A stretch of DNA of 32,000 bases from Candidatus Saccharimonadota bacterium (GCF_002214165.1 NZ_CP019964.1:300001-332000); one strand, 5' to 3'. Counted from the stretch's first letter, positions 1 through 8,136 are shown. Notes: a model not told the origin generated them from the letters alone. Numbers and translations: made by a program.

Positions 1-77
1 TTACAGCAAGCGGCAGCCAGCCAAAAAGCAAAACATTAAATATTGTAAAAGCAATATAATAATGAAAAGGTGCTAAA

Positions 78-3000
78 TTGGGTAACAAAAGGTCTATAAA
101 GACAAAAAGTTCCAAAACAAAGCATTCTCATAAAAAGAATGCCCAATCGGCTTTGGAATATTTAGTAACTTACGGCTGGGCTATATTGATAATTGCAGTA
201 GTAATCTCACTTCTATACTTTTTCGTTGCAGTCCCATCTAACGTAGTGCCTAACAGCTGCTCATTTGTTACAGGAGCAAACTGCGAGGACATGGAGCTCG
301 GGTCAAATTCAATATCCCACACGTCAACAATATCATTGCTTATAACGAACAGCAAAGATTATGCGATAAAAGATCCTTCTATAACTGTTGAATATAATAA
401 GGTAAATGTTACCCATTCATGCTACCCTAGTTATGTGCTTCCTGGAGGATCCATAATATGTGTCGCAAATATGTCAACGTACTTGCCAACAAATACATAT
501 ACATATGGTAATCTTTATTTAAACTCTGAAGACTGCGGTTCATCCAATTCTTCCTCGTGCGCAAATGCGCCGAAGCAGATTTATGCAGGGAAGTTCAATA
601 CCCATGTCGCATTGGTGGTAAAGCCTTCATTGACAATTTCACTTAATGCATCAAGTGGTCACAACGGAAGATGGCCTGCTGATAATTATCCTGACGAACT
701 GACCGCAAATGTCATATTCCTCGGATATCCTCTTGCAGGATCAACTGTGAATTTCACAGAGGTTCCAGATGAGGAAACATTGTTCCCTACTTATGCATCT
801 ACCTCGTCGCAGGGAATCGCACACTCATTTGTATATGGAACAACTATTGGCAACATAAAAGTGAATGCGACTTTTGGAAATTACACAAGCCATTACGTAT
901 ACATAAACTTTTCACCTGTAACCCAGTACCACTTGATATTCAATGTCCCTTATGGTAAGGTTACCATAACAACTCCAATCAACAGCACCACATTCACAAA
1001 GAATGCAACTGGGACCACAATATGCAATTCCGAACTTAACTACTCAACGCCATCACAGGTTACACTGGTATCAAACGAGGCATACGAGAACTTCACATAT
1101 GCGGAATCAAACGGCGTAAAGTACTACAATTCGACAGGATCAATACCAATATACTGCAATTCAACGACAGTTTCATTCAATTACACAACTTACTACAAGC
1201 TAAATGAAAATGTCAATCCATCATATTCTTCAGGTGTTGTATCATCGTCCCCATTATCCTCGAACGGGTATTACAAGAAGGATTCATCATTGCAGCTTTC
1301 CGCGAAATCCTCCAATCCAAAAGAATGGGTTTTCGCAAACTGGACATGTGCTGCATCCACATCAATAGGAAGCACATGTTATTCTGGAAACAGCCAATCC
1401 CCAACAATTATAATGTCTAATCCAGTAAATGAGACAGCAAATTTTGACCCTATGCTTTCATTGAGAGTAATCCCAGGAGGCGATGGGACAATAACCGCCT
1501 CATCACCTTCAGGAGCTTCAACAAGTTCATCAACATTCACCAGCTATCCAGAACCCTATGGTTCAAAGATAACATTGGGAGAATCTCCAGCAAACTCAAC
1601 TTTCAGGTTTTATAAATATGTAGGTTTAGGTACAGGAAACTACACAGGAAATAGCACATCGCCCACGATAACGTTTGACAATCCAATAAATGAAACAGCT
1701 GAATACGATGTATATTTAAATGAACTTGCATCGCCTTCAAGTGCAGATGCATCTCTTTCACCTGGCAGCGGCTGGTACTTCCCGAATTCAACAATTACTT
1801 TATCTGAAGTTAACAACACCGGCTACAGGTTTGCAGGATGGACAGGATATGAGAACAATGCATCCTCATCATTTACAATGACAGTTCCAAATACAGACTT
1901 CACGGAGCAGGCCAACTACGATGTATACCTTACAGAGCTCTCATCACCTTCAGCAGCTGCAAAGACACTTTTACCTGGAACTAACTGGTACATTCCGGGA
2001 TCTACAATTAACTTATCAGAGACCAACAACACAGGCTATAAGTTCATGAACTGGACGGGCCAGTTCAGCTCAACCCGTAATCCAATGTCAATAACTGTGC
2101 CAAGCACCCCATTCACGGAAACTGCAGAATACGCAGTTGCCCTAAAACTATCCGTATATGAACACGGGGATGGAAAGGCAACAGTGTCTCCAGGAGGATC
2201 AACTAATTCATCTTCTATTTTCTGGGAAACACCCGGGGCTTCCCTGTATTTCACAGAGACCAATACAACAGGATACAAATTTGCGAAATGGGTAGGATAT
2301 GATAGCGGCAATTCTTCAAACTTTACAATGACCGCACCAAATTCACAATTTAACGAAACTGCAGAATACGATGTATACCTTACAGAGCTTTCTTATCCAT
2401 CAAATGCAGCCTCATCATTATTACCTGGCAGCGGCTGGTACCTACCAAACTCATCAATCACGTTGTCCGAGAAGAACAACACAGGCTACAAGTTTGTCAA
2501 CTGGACAGGATATGAGAAGAGTACTTCTTCATCCTTTACAATGACAGTTCCGAATACTGATTTCACGGAGCAGGCGAACTACGATGTATACCTATCTGAA
2601 CCATCATACCCTTCAGGAGGTGCAAAGACACTTTCATCTGGCAGCGGCTGGTACTTCCCTGGAACTTCAATTACATTGTCAGAGACGAACAACACAGGCT
2701 ATAGATTTATAGACTGGACAGGATATGAAGGTAGTAATTCTTCATCCTTTGGCATGACAGTTCCTACAGAACCATTTACCGAACAGGCGAACTACGATGT
2801 ATACCTAACTGAGCTTTCTTATCCATCAAATGCGGCTTATTCATTATCACCTGGCAGCGGCTGGTACCTACCAAACTCATCAATAACATTGTCCGAGAAA
2901 AACAACACGGGCTACAGATTTGTCAACTGGGAAGGTTACGAGAATAGCACTTCTTCATCCTTTACAATGACAGTTCCGACAGTACCGTTCACGGAGCAGG

Positions 3001-4811
3001 CCAACTACGATGTATACCTAACTGAGCTCTCTTATCCATCAAGTGGGGCTTCTTCCTTAAAACCGGGAGATGGCTGGTACTTCCCTGGAACTTCAATTAC
3101 ATTGTCAGAGACGAACAATACGGGTTATAAGTTTAAGGATTGGACAGGCAATGAAGGAAGCGCTTCTTCATCCTTTACAATGACAGTTCCGACAGAACCA
3201 TTTACCGAACAGGCGAACTACGATGTATACCTTACAGAGCTCTCCTATCCATCAAGTGCACCGTCATCAATTTCACCAGGAACAGGATGGTACTTCCCAG
3301 GATCATCAATAACTGTATCAACATCTGCAAATACCGGTTACCAATTTGAAAATTGGGAAGGTTACGAGAATAGTACTTCTTCATCCTTTACAATGACAGT
3401 TCCGACAGAACCATTTACAGAGCAGGCGAACTTCAAGGTTGGTCTTTATATATCAATAGACCCAAGCAACGGTGGATCTTCCAATCCAACAGCAGGTAAA
3501 TGGGCCTATTACTATCCAAATACAACCACAATAATAAAACTTTCTGCAAATGTAACATCAGATGCAGAATGGTCCTTTACAGGATTTAGTTGTAGTTATA
3601 ACGGAAATGATAGATGCCCAAGCAATGTAAACCCATCCGTCGCATTCATAGGCGATTCCCCATTGTATGTTACTGCATACTTTGAATCCGTAGACCTTTA
3701 TTATATAGCAGGGTTTGATACATCTGCTGGCTATCACACTAACCATGTTTACTATGCACCTATAAATTACAGCAATGGACAGATGGGTGAATGGTATGAA
3801 ACTGAAAGCATATTCGGTCCTAATGGACCTAACAACAAAGGTGTCAATAGCGAGTCGTCTGTATCAAATCAAGGATGTGCTGTAGAAAGTCCAAATAATA
3901 CCTACTCATTCCCTAGTGTGTGGTGTGCAGGTGGAAACAATGCGACAGTTGGAGAGTATTACCAAGTGGAATCCGCATCATTAACGCCTTCAGGAATACA
4001 AGATAATACATGGTATGTGCAGTCACCTCCAGGAAATGATACGCTCAATCATGCGACTACCGAGGCATCCGCAGTAATATCTGGAGACTACATGTATTAC
4101 ATAGGAGGAGAAAAATTAGATGGATGCAGTTTCTTAGGAGTTGCACAAGACTGTGTTTATAATCATGTAGATGAAGCTGAACTGTTCCCCGGAGAGTCAA
4201 GCAGCTGGTCTACAGTTGGCAATTATCCAATAAAGGATTATATCATATATGAAGCAGCTGTATCCTATGATGGATACATATACATAGTAGGGGGGGCAAC
4301 ATCTGGTGAAAGTAGCGAAACTAATGCTGTTTATTCAGCAAAGGTAAACTCTGATGGTACAATAGGTAGCTTAACTGCACAAAACGACTATCCATACTCA
4401 GTGGCTCAGTTGAGCTGTACTGCAAGCGCTGGTTATATATACTGCGTAGGAGGTTACGTAGAAAATGGTTGCACGGTTGATGGCATATCTGCATCATGTA
4501 CCTACAACCAGGTATGGTCTGCACCTATAAGTAATGGGTATGTAGGAACATGGACAAGGCAGGCAAGCTATCCAAGAGGAGCATATGGAGAGAGCTGTGC
4601 TTCATACTACGATGGTATTAACAGTAATAGTGTCATATACTGCGTAGGGGGCGAAAATTCATCTATACCTGGATATGAAGGGGTCCATTATGCCTATGCG
4701 GATGATGGCACAATAAGTGGCTGGTACGATGGAACAACCTATCCATACAATGTAACTCGTGGGGTTGCGGTGCTAGCTGTTACGGGAGGGCCTAATGTTC
4801 TAGGAAGCTAA
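78..4811 (+). CDS. Giant secreted surface protein / putative adhesin. It has an archaeal class III (type IV prepilin-like) signal peptide, a Cys-rich head, an Ig-like module, about 11 InlB-B-repeat-like units and a C-terminal six-blade Kelch-like beta-propeller.
   Basis: Longest ORF in the window. The TTG start at 78 is preceded by AGGTG (68-72), and the next in-frame Met lies after the signal peptide. The N-terminus KKNAQSALEYLVTYGWAILIIAVVISLLYFF is a basic stretch, then Q-S-x-x-E-Y-L, then about 20 hydrophobic residues (prepilin pattern). DELTANVIFLGYPLAGSTVNFT...GNIKVNATFG reads like a bacterial Ig-like module. Eight conserved units (seven of 71 aa, one of 79 aa) follow YDVYLTELSYPS..GSGWY.PGSSITLSE.NNTGY.F.NWTGYE..SSSFTMTVPT.PFTEQAN, plus about 3 degenerate units upstream and downstream. 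The last ~370 aa contain six blades of the form (I/Y)Y(I/C)(V/A)GG ... W ... YP. The protein is very rich in N-x-S/T sequons. Confidence 0.85.
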   Translation: MGNKRSIKTKSSKTKHSHKKNAQSALEYLVTYGWAILIIAVVISLLYFFVAVPSNVVPNSCSFVTGANCEDMELGSNSISHTSTISLLITNSKDYAIKDPSITVEYNKVNVTHSCYPSYVLPGGSIICVANMSTYLPTNTYTYGNLYLNSEDCGSSNSSSCANAPKQIYAGKFNTHVALVVKPSLTISLNASSGHNGRWPADNYPDELTANVIFLGYPLAGSTVNFTEVPDEETLFPTYASTSSQGIAHSFVYGTTIGNIKVNATFGNYTSHYVYINFSPVTQYHLIFNVPYGKVTITTPINSTTFTKNATGTTICNSELNYSTPSQVTLVSNEAYENFTYAESNGVKYYNSTGSIPIYCNSTTVSFNYTTYYKLNENVNPSYSSGVVSSSPLSSNGYYKKDSSLQLSAKSSNPKEWVFANWTCAASTSIGSTCYSGNSQSPTIIMSNPVNETANFDPMLSLRVIPGGDGTITASSPSGASTSSSTFTSYPEPYGSKITLGESPANSTFRFYKYVGLGTGNYTGNSTSPTITFDNPINETAEYDVYLNELASPSSADASLSPGSGWYFPNSTITLSEVNNTGYRFAGWTGYENNASSSFTMTVPNTDFTEQANYDVYLTELSSPSAAAKTLLPGTNWYIPGSTINLSETNNTGYKFMNWTGQFSSTRNPMSITVPSTPFTETAEYAVALKLSVYEHGDGKATVSPGGSTNSSSIFWETPGASLYFTETNTTGYKFAKWVGYDSGNSSNFTMTAPNSQFNETAEYDVYLTELSYPSNAASSLLPGSGWYLPNSSITLSEKNNTGYKFVNWTGYEKSTSSSFTMTVPNTDFTEQANYDVYLSEPSYPSGGAKTLSSGSGWYFPGTSITLSETNNTGYRFIDWTGYEGSNSSSFGMTVPTEPFTEQANYDVYLTELSYPSNAAYSLSPGSGWYLPNSSITLSEKNNTGYRFVNWEGYENSTSSSFTMTVPTVPFTEQANYDVYLTELSYPSSGASSLKPGDGWYFPGTSITLSETNNTGYKFKDWTGNEGSASSSFTMTVPTEPFTEQANYDVYLTELSYPSSAPSSISPGTGWYFPGSSITVSTSANTGYQFENWEGYENSTSSSFTMTVPTEPFTEQANFKVGLYISIDPSNGGSSNPTAGKWAYYYPNTTTIIKLSANVTSDAEWSFTGFSCSYNGNDRCPSNVNPSVAFIGDSPLYVTAYFESVDLYYIAGFDTSAGYHTNHVYYAPINYSNGQMGEWYETESIFGPNGPNNKGVNSESSVSNQGCAVESPNNTYSFPSVWCAGGNNATVGEYYQVESASLTPSGIQDNTWYVQSPPGNDTLNHATTEASAVISGDYMYYIGGEKLDGCSFLGVAQDCVYNHVDEAELFPGESSSWSTVGNYPIKDYIIYEAAVSYDGYIYIVGGATSGESSETNAVYSAKVNSDGTIGSLTAQNDYPYSVAQLSCTASAGYIYCVGGYVENGCTVDGISASCTYNQVWSAPISNGYVGTWTRQASYPRGAYGESCASYYDGINSNSVIYCVGGENSSIPGYEGVHYAYADDGTISGWYDGTTYPYNVTRGVAVLAVTGGPNVLGS
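1704..3431 (+). repeat. In-frame tandem array of 8 coding repeat units: seven of 213 bp (71 codons) and one of 237 bp, all inside the adhesin gene
   Basis: Each unit starts at the TAC of the YDVY/YAVA motif, at 1704, 1917, 2130, 2367, 2580, 2793, 3006 and 3219. The array ends at 3431. A 47-nt stretch (2646-2692) is identical to 3072-3118, exactly 426 nt (2 units) away. Confidence 0.9.
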
Positions 4812-4836
4812 ACATGAAATATATAGAGGTTTTAAT

Positions 4837-5760
4837 ATGCCTTCAGTAACAAGCGACAAATACATTCAGTTTGATGGGATTAAATTCTATCTGCCCCAGG
4901 TTTCAACTAAGTCATCACCCAAGATATCAGGATATGCTTTATCCCAAATGATCTACGATTTTGACAGGAAGTATGAAACTTCAGGTTACCTTCTTGGGAA
5001 GTACGATGCAAGCGCTGGAGCTCCACAATTTTACCGATACCTCCCTATGAAAGGGCTCAAAAGGCTGAGAGACAGTGTCGAAGTAAAAAATGGCAATAAA
5101 GAATTGAGGCAGTTAAAAAGATTAAAGAAGAAAGGCTATACATCCATAATAAGAGTGCATGTCCATCCCGATCAGGATTATACGAAGTTTGCTGATAATG
5201 AACCTGGATATACTGATTCAAGTGCATTTGTAGGATTTGACAGTTACGCCAAAGCCATTGGATTCCAAGAAGTGTACAGCGGAATACAATTTGGAGGAAG
5301 CAGGCTAAAGTCATCAAAGGGACTTAACCTGTACCATTTGACAGGTATAGGATTGGAGAAAACTTCATATGAAGTTGTCAATTTTGATCAAAGCAAAATA
5401 TACAAAGACAAAAAACTTAGGAAGTTTGCACGCAGCACTCAAGGGGTAAAGCATGCATTTAGCGAGTTCAGATATGTGACTACAACAGATGTTAACAAGT
5501 ACCATTTTGAACCAGGCTACTATAAAAATGTCCTTTCATTGAAAGTCCTAAAGAAAGAAGTCAATGAAATGCTATTAAATAAGGGAATAAAAAACATAAA
5601 ACTGAAAGGTAAAAGGTCTGATCTTTACCTTAAGGAAGTAGTGAAGCCATACATGAAATTAAGGAGGGGCTATAATCCCGATTTACTATATATAATAGGC
5701 GAGCAGTTAAAGAGCTCTATGGCCAATTACAAATCAGGTAACCTATCAATAAATATATAA
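4837..5760 (+). CDS. Hypothetical protein with an N-terminal JAB/MPN-like (JAMM metalloprotease-like) motif set and a Lys/Arg-rich C-terminal half
   Basis: The ATG lies 25 nt after the adhesin stop and is preceded by AGAGGT. YETSGYLLGK resembles the E-x-x-G-x-L-x-G element. IIRVHVHPDQDYTKFADNEPGYTDS resembles H-x-H...P-S-x-x-D, with Ser replaced by Gly and about 6 extra residues. Residues ~180-307 are strongly basic. The family assignment is tentative. Confidence 0.4.
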   Translation: MPSVTSDKYIQFDGIKFYLPQVSTKSSPKISGYALSQMIYDFDRKYETSGYLLGKYDASAGAPQFYRYLPMKGLKRLRDSVEVKNGNKELRQLKRLKKKGYTSIIRVHVHPDQDYTKFADNEPGYTDSSAFVGFDSYAKAIGFQEVYSGIQFGGSRLKSSKGLNLYHLTGIGLEKTSYEVVNFDQSKIYKDKKLRKFARSTQGVKHAFSEFRYVTTTDVNKYHFEPGYYKNVLSLKVLKKEVNEMLLNKGIKNIKLKGKRSDLYLKEVVKPYMKLRRGYNPDLLYIIGEQLKSSMANYKSGNLSINI

Positions 5761-5810
5761 AATAACCTAATAACCCAATTTTAAATTGTCTTTATACGGA
5801 TTATTAATAT

Positions 5811-6023
5811 TCATTTTCTAAGTTTAGCTGTTTTTTTAGAAAACTTGTTAGGAGTATTTTTTTCAAGCTCTTTTTCAAGTTCAGGGTCTTTTTCTAATGC
5901 CTCAAGTGAAGACCTAAAAAATTTGTTGAATTTCAATGCATATTCCTTGTCTTTCATAAACTTTATTCCAGTCTCCTCTTCAATTTTCTTCTCTTTTTTT
6001 ACCTCCTTGAAGAAATTTTTCAT
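5811..6023 (-). CDS. Small Lys/Glu-rich hypothetical protein (70 aa)
   Basis: ATG-initiated ORF with a plausible charged helical composition. The overlapping plus-strand ORF (5845-6054) is a Ser/Phe low-complexity mirror. No recognisable family. Confidence 0.4.
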   Translation of the reverse strand: MKNFFKEVKKEKKIEEETGIKFMKDKEYALKFNKFFRSSLEALEKDPELEKELEKNTPNKFSKKTAKLRK

Positions 6024-6139
6024 TCCACCATCATTAACAATACTGCATAAATAATATTTATTAGTATTGTGGTTATAAACTTCAATTATATAGGAAATAG
6101 AAAAATACGCTTAAGCTTTAAATAAAAAAGAAATAAAAG

Positions 6140-6463
6140 TTACTTTAAGTAATCTGATAGTATTGGAACCTTTATATCCACGCCTTTGTAAGCTTCATAA
6201 CCTATATACATTCCGTATAACCATATTAACAAAACTACAATTCCGGACAAAGGAAGGAATACAAAATCCAATATAAAGCTTAATACTATAGACACTATGC
6301 CAAGCACTATAGCTTGTATTGCATGAAATCTTGCTCTTTTATCTTTCTGTCCTACTGTGAAATATACTATTACACCAGTCAGCCATTCAAGCAGATAAGT
6401 TATCAAAAAGGTTAAATTGTCAGTACTATCTCCAGAAACACTCTTTTTAGATTTTGCAGACAT
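6140..6463 (-). CDS. Small integral membrane protein, DUF4870-like
   Basis: Three hydrophobic segments. VYFTVGQKDKRARFHAIQAIVLG matches the ...k.d...RFHA.QA... signature I associate with the DUF4870 family. A TATA-like TTTAAAAA lies ~30 nt upstream on the minus strand. Confidence 0.6.
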   Translation of the reverse strand: MSAKSKKSVSGDSTDNLTFLITYLLEWLTGVIVYFTVGQKDKRARFHAIQAIVLGIVSIVLSFILDFVFLPLSGIVVLLIWLYGMYIGYEAYKGVDIKVPILSDYLK

Positions 6464-6501
6464 GTTATCAATTATATTCCAATGTAAAGATTTTTAAATA
6501 C

Positions 6502-6515
6502 GACCTATATAGGTC
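6502..6515. promoter_or_regulatory. Perfect 14-bp palindrome GACCTATATAGGTC just upstream of the TATA-like box of the 6140-6463 gene
   Basis: The sequence is its own reverse complement. It lies 39-52 nt upstream of the minus-strand ATG at 6463. Function unknown. Confidence 0.25.
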
Positions 6516-6615
6516 AATAAATAGGTAATACGATTTATAAAAATTCAGATAACAAAGTCGAAGCATAATTCCATTAAGTTGATTTCAAACGCTTTGAATA
6601 TGCAAGCTATAAAAA

Positions 6616-6690
6616 TGCTCCCGCCGGGATTTGGACCCGGGTTCTAGGCTCGAAGGGCCTATGTCCTTGACCGGGCTAGACGATAGGAGC
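6616..6690 (-). tRNA. tRNA-Glu (anticodon UUC), 75 nt, no encoded CCA, with unusual positions
   Basis: Minus-strand sequence: GCUCCUA UC GUCU AGCCCGGUCAA GGAC A UAGGC CCUUCGA GCCUA GAAC CCGGG UCCAAAU CCCGG CGGGAGC A. The cloverleaf was folded by hand. A TTTTT run follows. Oddities: C at position 33, an A7-C66 mismatch, and C55. Confidence 0.75.
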
Positions 6691-6719
6691 ACAAAATTTA
6701 AAATTCCTTGTTTATTCAG

Positions 6720-7298
6720 TTATTTCAAATTAGTATTTATAAGTTCAATTATAGTCTGCTGTACCTCATCTATGGATTTGCTTCCATCTATTATAAAGCA
6801 GTTACTATATTTTCCAGCCAAAAATTTATAAGCCTTCCTAACTTCTGTCAAAAATTTAATGTTTTCGAAAGCCTCCTTCGAATCTCTTGCACTTATCCTG
6901 CTTAAGCTTACATCTGGTTCAAGATCTATTATTATAGTCATATCGGGCACAGGAAACTGAGAATTCACTCCAATAAGCCATTGCGCATCTAATCCCGAAG
7001 CTATCCCATAGGACAAGGAAGAAAAGATGTACCTGTCGGAAACCAGTATCTCATTAGAGTCAATGCTGTCTTTTATAAGGCTATTTAAATGCTCTTCTCT
7101 ATCCGCTGCAAACAGAAGCTGCATCTTTAAGTTGTCCAAATTCTTACCTGAAAGCAATTCTCTTATGAGCTTTCCAATCTTTCCATCTGTAGGCTCTTTT
7201 GTTGTCCTGACTGATTTTCCACCAACAACTTTTCCTTTCAAGATATTAACTTGGGTTGTCTTGCCCGCTCCATCTACACCTTCTATAACAATAAACAC
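6720..7298 (-). CDS. tmk: Thymidylate (dTMP) kinase
   Basis: The N-terminal P-loop MFIVIEGVDGAGKTTQ, a DRY motif (VSDRYIFSS), and the length (192 aa) are all typical of Tmk. Confidence 0.9.
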   Translation of the reverse strand: MFIVIEGVDGAGKTTQVNILKGKVVGGKSVRTTKEPTDGKIGKLIRELLSGKNLDNLKMQLLFAADREEHLNSLIKDSIDSNEILVSDRYIFSSLSYGIASGLDAQWLIGVNSQFPVPDMTIIIDLEPDVSLSRISARDSKEAFENIKFLTEVRKAYKFLAGKYSNCFIIDGSKSIDEVQQTIIELINTNLK

Positions 7299-7306
7299 AA
7301 AACCCC

Positions 7307-7864
7307 CTATATTAGCCAGTCGCTTTTTAGCTTTACTATCATTTTATCCAGATCTTCATGGAAAAATGTGGGACTCTGTGTATTTGATATAACTATATCA
7401 GCCATTTTCATAGCCGCTTCAACACCAAATCCCTTTTCCTTTTCATCCCTCTCCTTCAATCCTTTTAATGTATGGGGATCATCGTACCTTCCCCTCTCTG
7501 CCAATCTCTTATACCTTATATCATCAGGTGCTGTTATGGCAATAAGGTAAAATCTTTTGCCATCAAGGACCTTTTTGAAGTATGCAACCTCCTCAGGTCC
7601 TCTTATGCCATCTATGCATATATTGCCATGCAGCTTGAGCAAAAAGTCAGCAGTCAATTTTGCTGTCGCATCCCTTCCCATCTCATCCCTAAGCTGCCCA
7701 GAAAAAGCCCTTAAGCTTTCGTTAGTTATCTTTATTCCTTTTTCATTCATAGTCCTCCTTACAACTTCCCCCATGTTTACTATAGAAAAATTGTGGTGTT
7801 CCTTTAGATATAGTGAGGCATCGCTTTTGCCGCTTCCTGGCATCCCAGTAAATCCTATTATCAT
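7307..7864 (-). CDS. P-loop nucleotide kinase, archaeal UPF0200 / dephospho-CoA-kinase-like family
   Basis: MIIGFTGMPGSGKS Walker A motif at the N-terminus. The ORF track extends to 7891, but the second ATG (7864) gives the canonical kinase N-terminus. It also sits ~30 nt downstream of an AAAAATTTTTAAA TATA-like box, consistent with a leaderless mRNA. The stop lies 9 nt upstream of the tmk start, suggesting an operon. Confidence 0.7.
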   Translation of the reverse strand: MIIGFTGMPGSGKSDASLYLKEHHNFSIVNMGEVVRRTMNEKGIKITNESLRAFSGQLRDEMGRDATAKLTADFLLKLHGNICIDGIRGPEEVAYFKKVLDGKRFYLIAITAPDDIRYKRLAERGRYDDPHTLKGLKERDEKEKGFGVEAAMKMADIVISNTQSPTFFHEDLDKMIVKLKSDWLI

Positions 7865-7987
7865 ACAATCATCAGACTTGTAAATTAACATTTAAAAATT
7901 TTTAGCCAAACAATAATTTAATCGAAGAATTGCTAATAAACTATATAAGCTTTTTCAGCAATAACTAATTGGTTATCCAGTTGCTAA

Positions 7988-8060
7988 GGGGAACTACGCT
8001 AACCTGGTAGACTGCTAGCTTTGGGAGCTAGTAATAGGAGTCCAAATCTCCTGTTCCCCA
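7988..8060 (+). tRNA. tRNA-Pro (anticodon UGG), 73 nt, no encoded CCA
   Basis: Acceptor stem GGGGAAC/GUUCCCC plus discriminator A. Anticodon arm CUAGC UUUGGGA GCUAG. T arm AGGAG UCCAAAU CUCCU. The D arm pairs poorly in my hand fold. TATATAA at 7943-7949 is a candidate promoter. Confidence 0.8.
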
Positions 8061-8136
8061 CTTGATTTTATAGGGAAGTTCAAAGAAATCTATATCAATC
8101 CTTAAATAATTTATTATCTTTATTCATATCGATAAA

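Noticed and set aside
1704-3431. The regular 213-bp periodicity, considered as a CRISPR array or satellite
   Set aside because: The period is an exact multiple of three, the repeats are in frame within one long ORF, there is no repeat/spacer alternation, and the units encode a conserved protein domain.
5845-6054. A plus-strand 69-aa ORF overlapping the small Lys/Glu-rich minus-strand ORF
   Set aside because: Its translation is Ser/Phe low complexity, as expected from the complement of a Lys/Glu-rich gene. The minus-strand reading is more protein-like, though itself only moderately supported.
7027-7883. Several plus-strand ORFs (121, 99, 80 and 108 aa) opposite tmk and the P-loop kinase
   Set aside because: The minus-strand genes carry clear kinase motifs. 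The plus-strand translations are Ser/Leu/Phe-rich mirror products.
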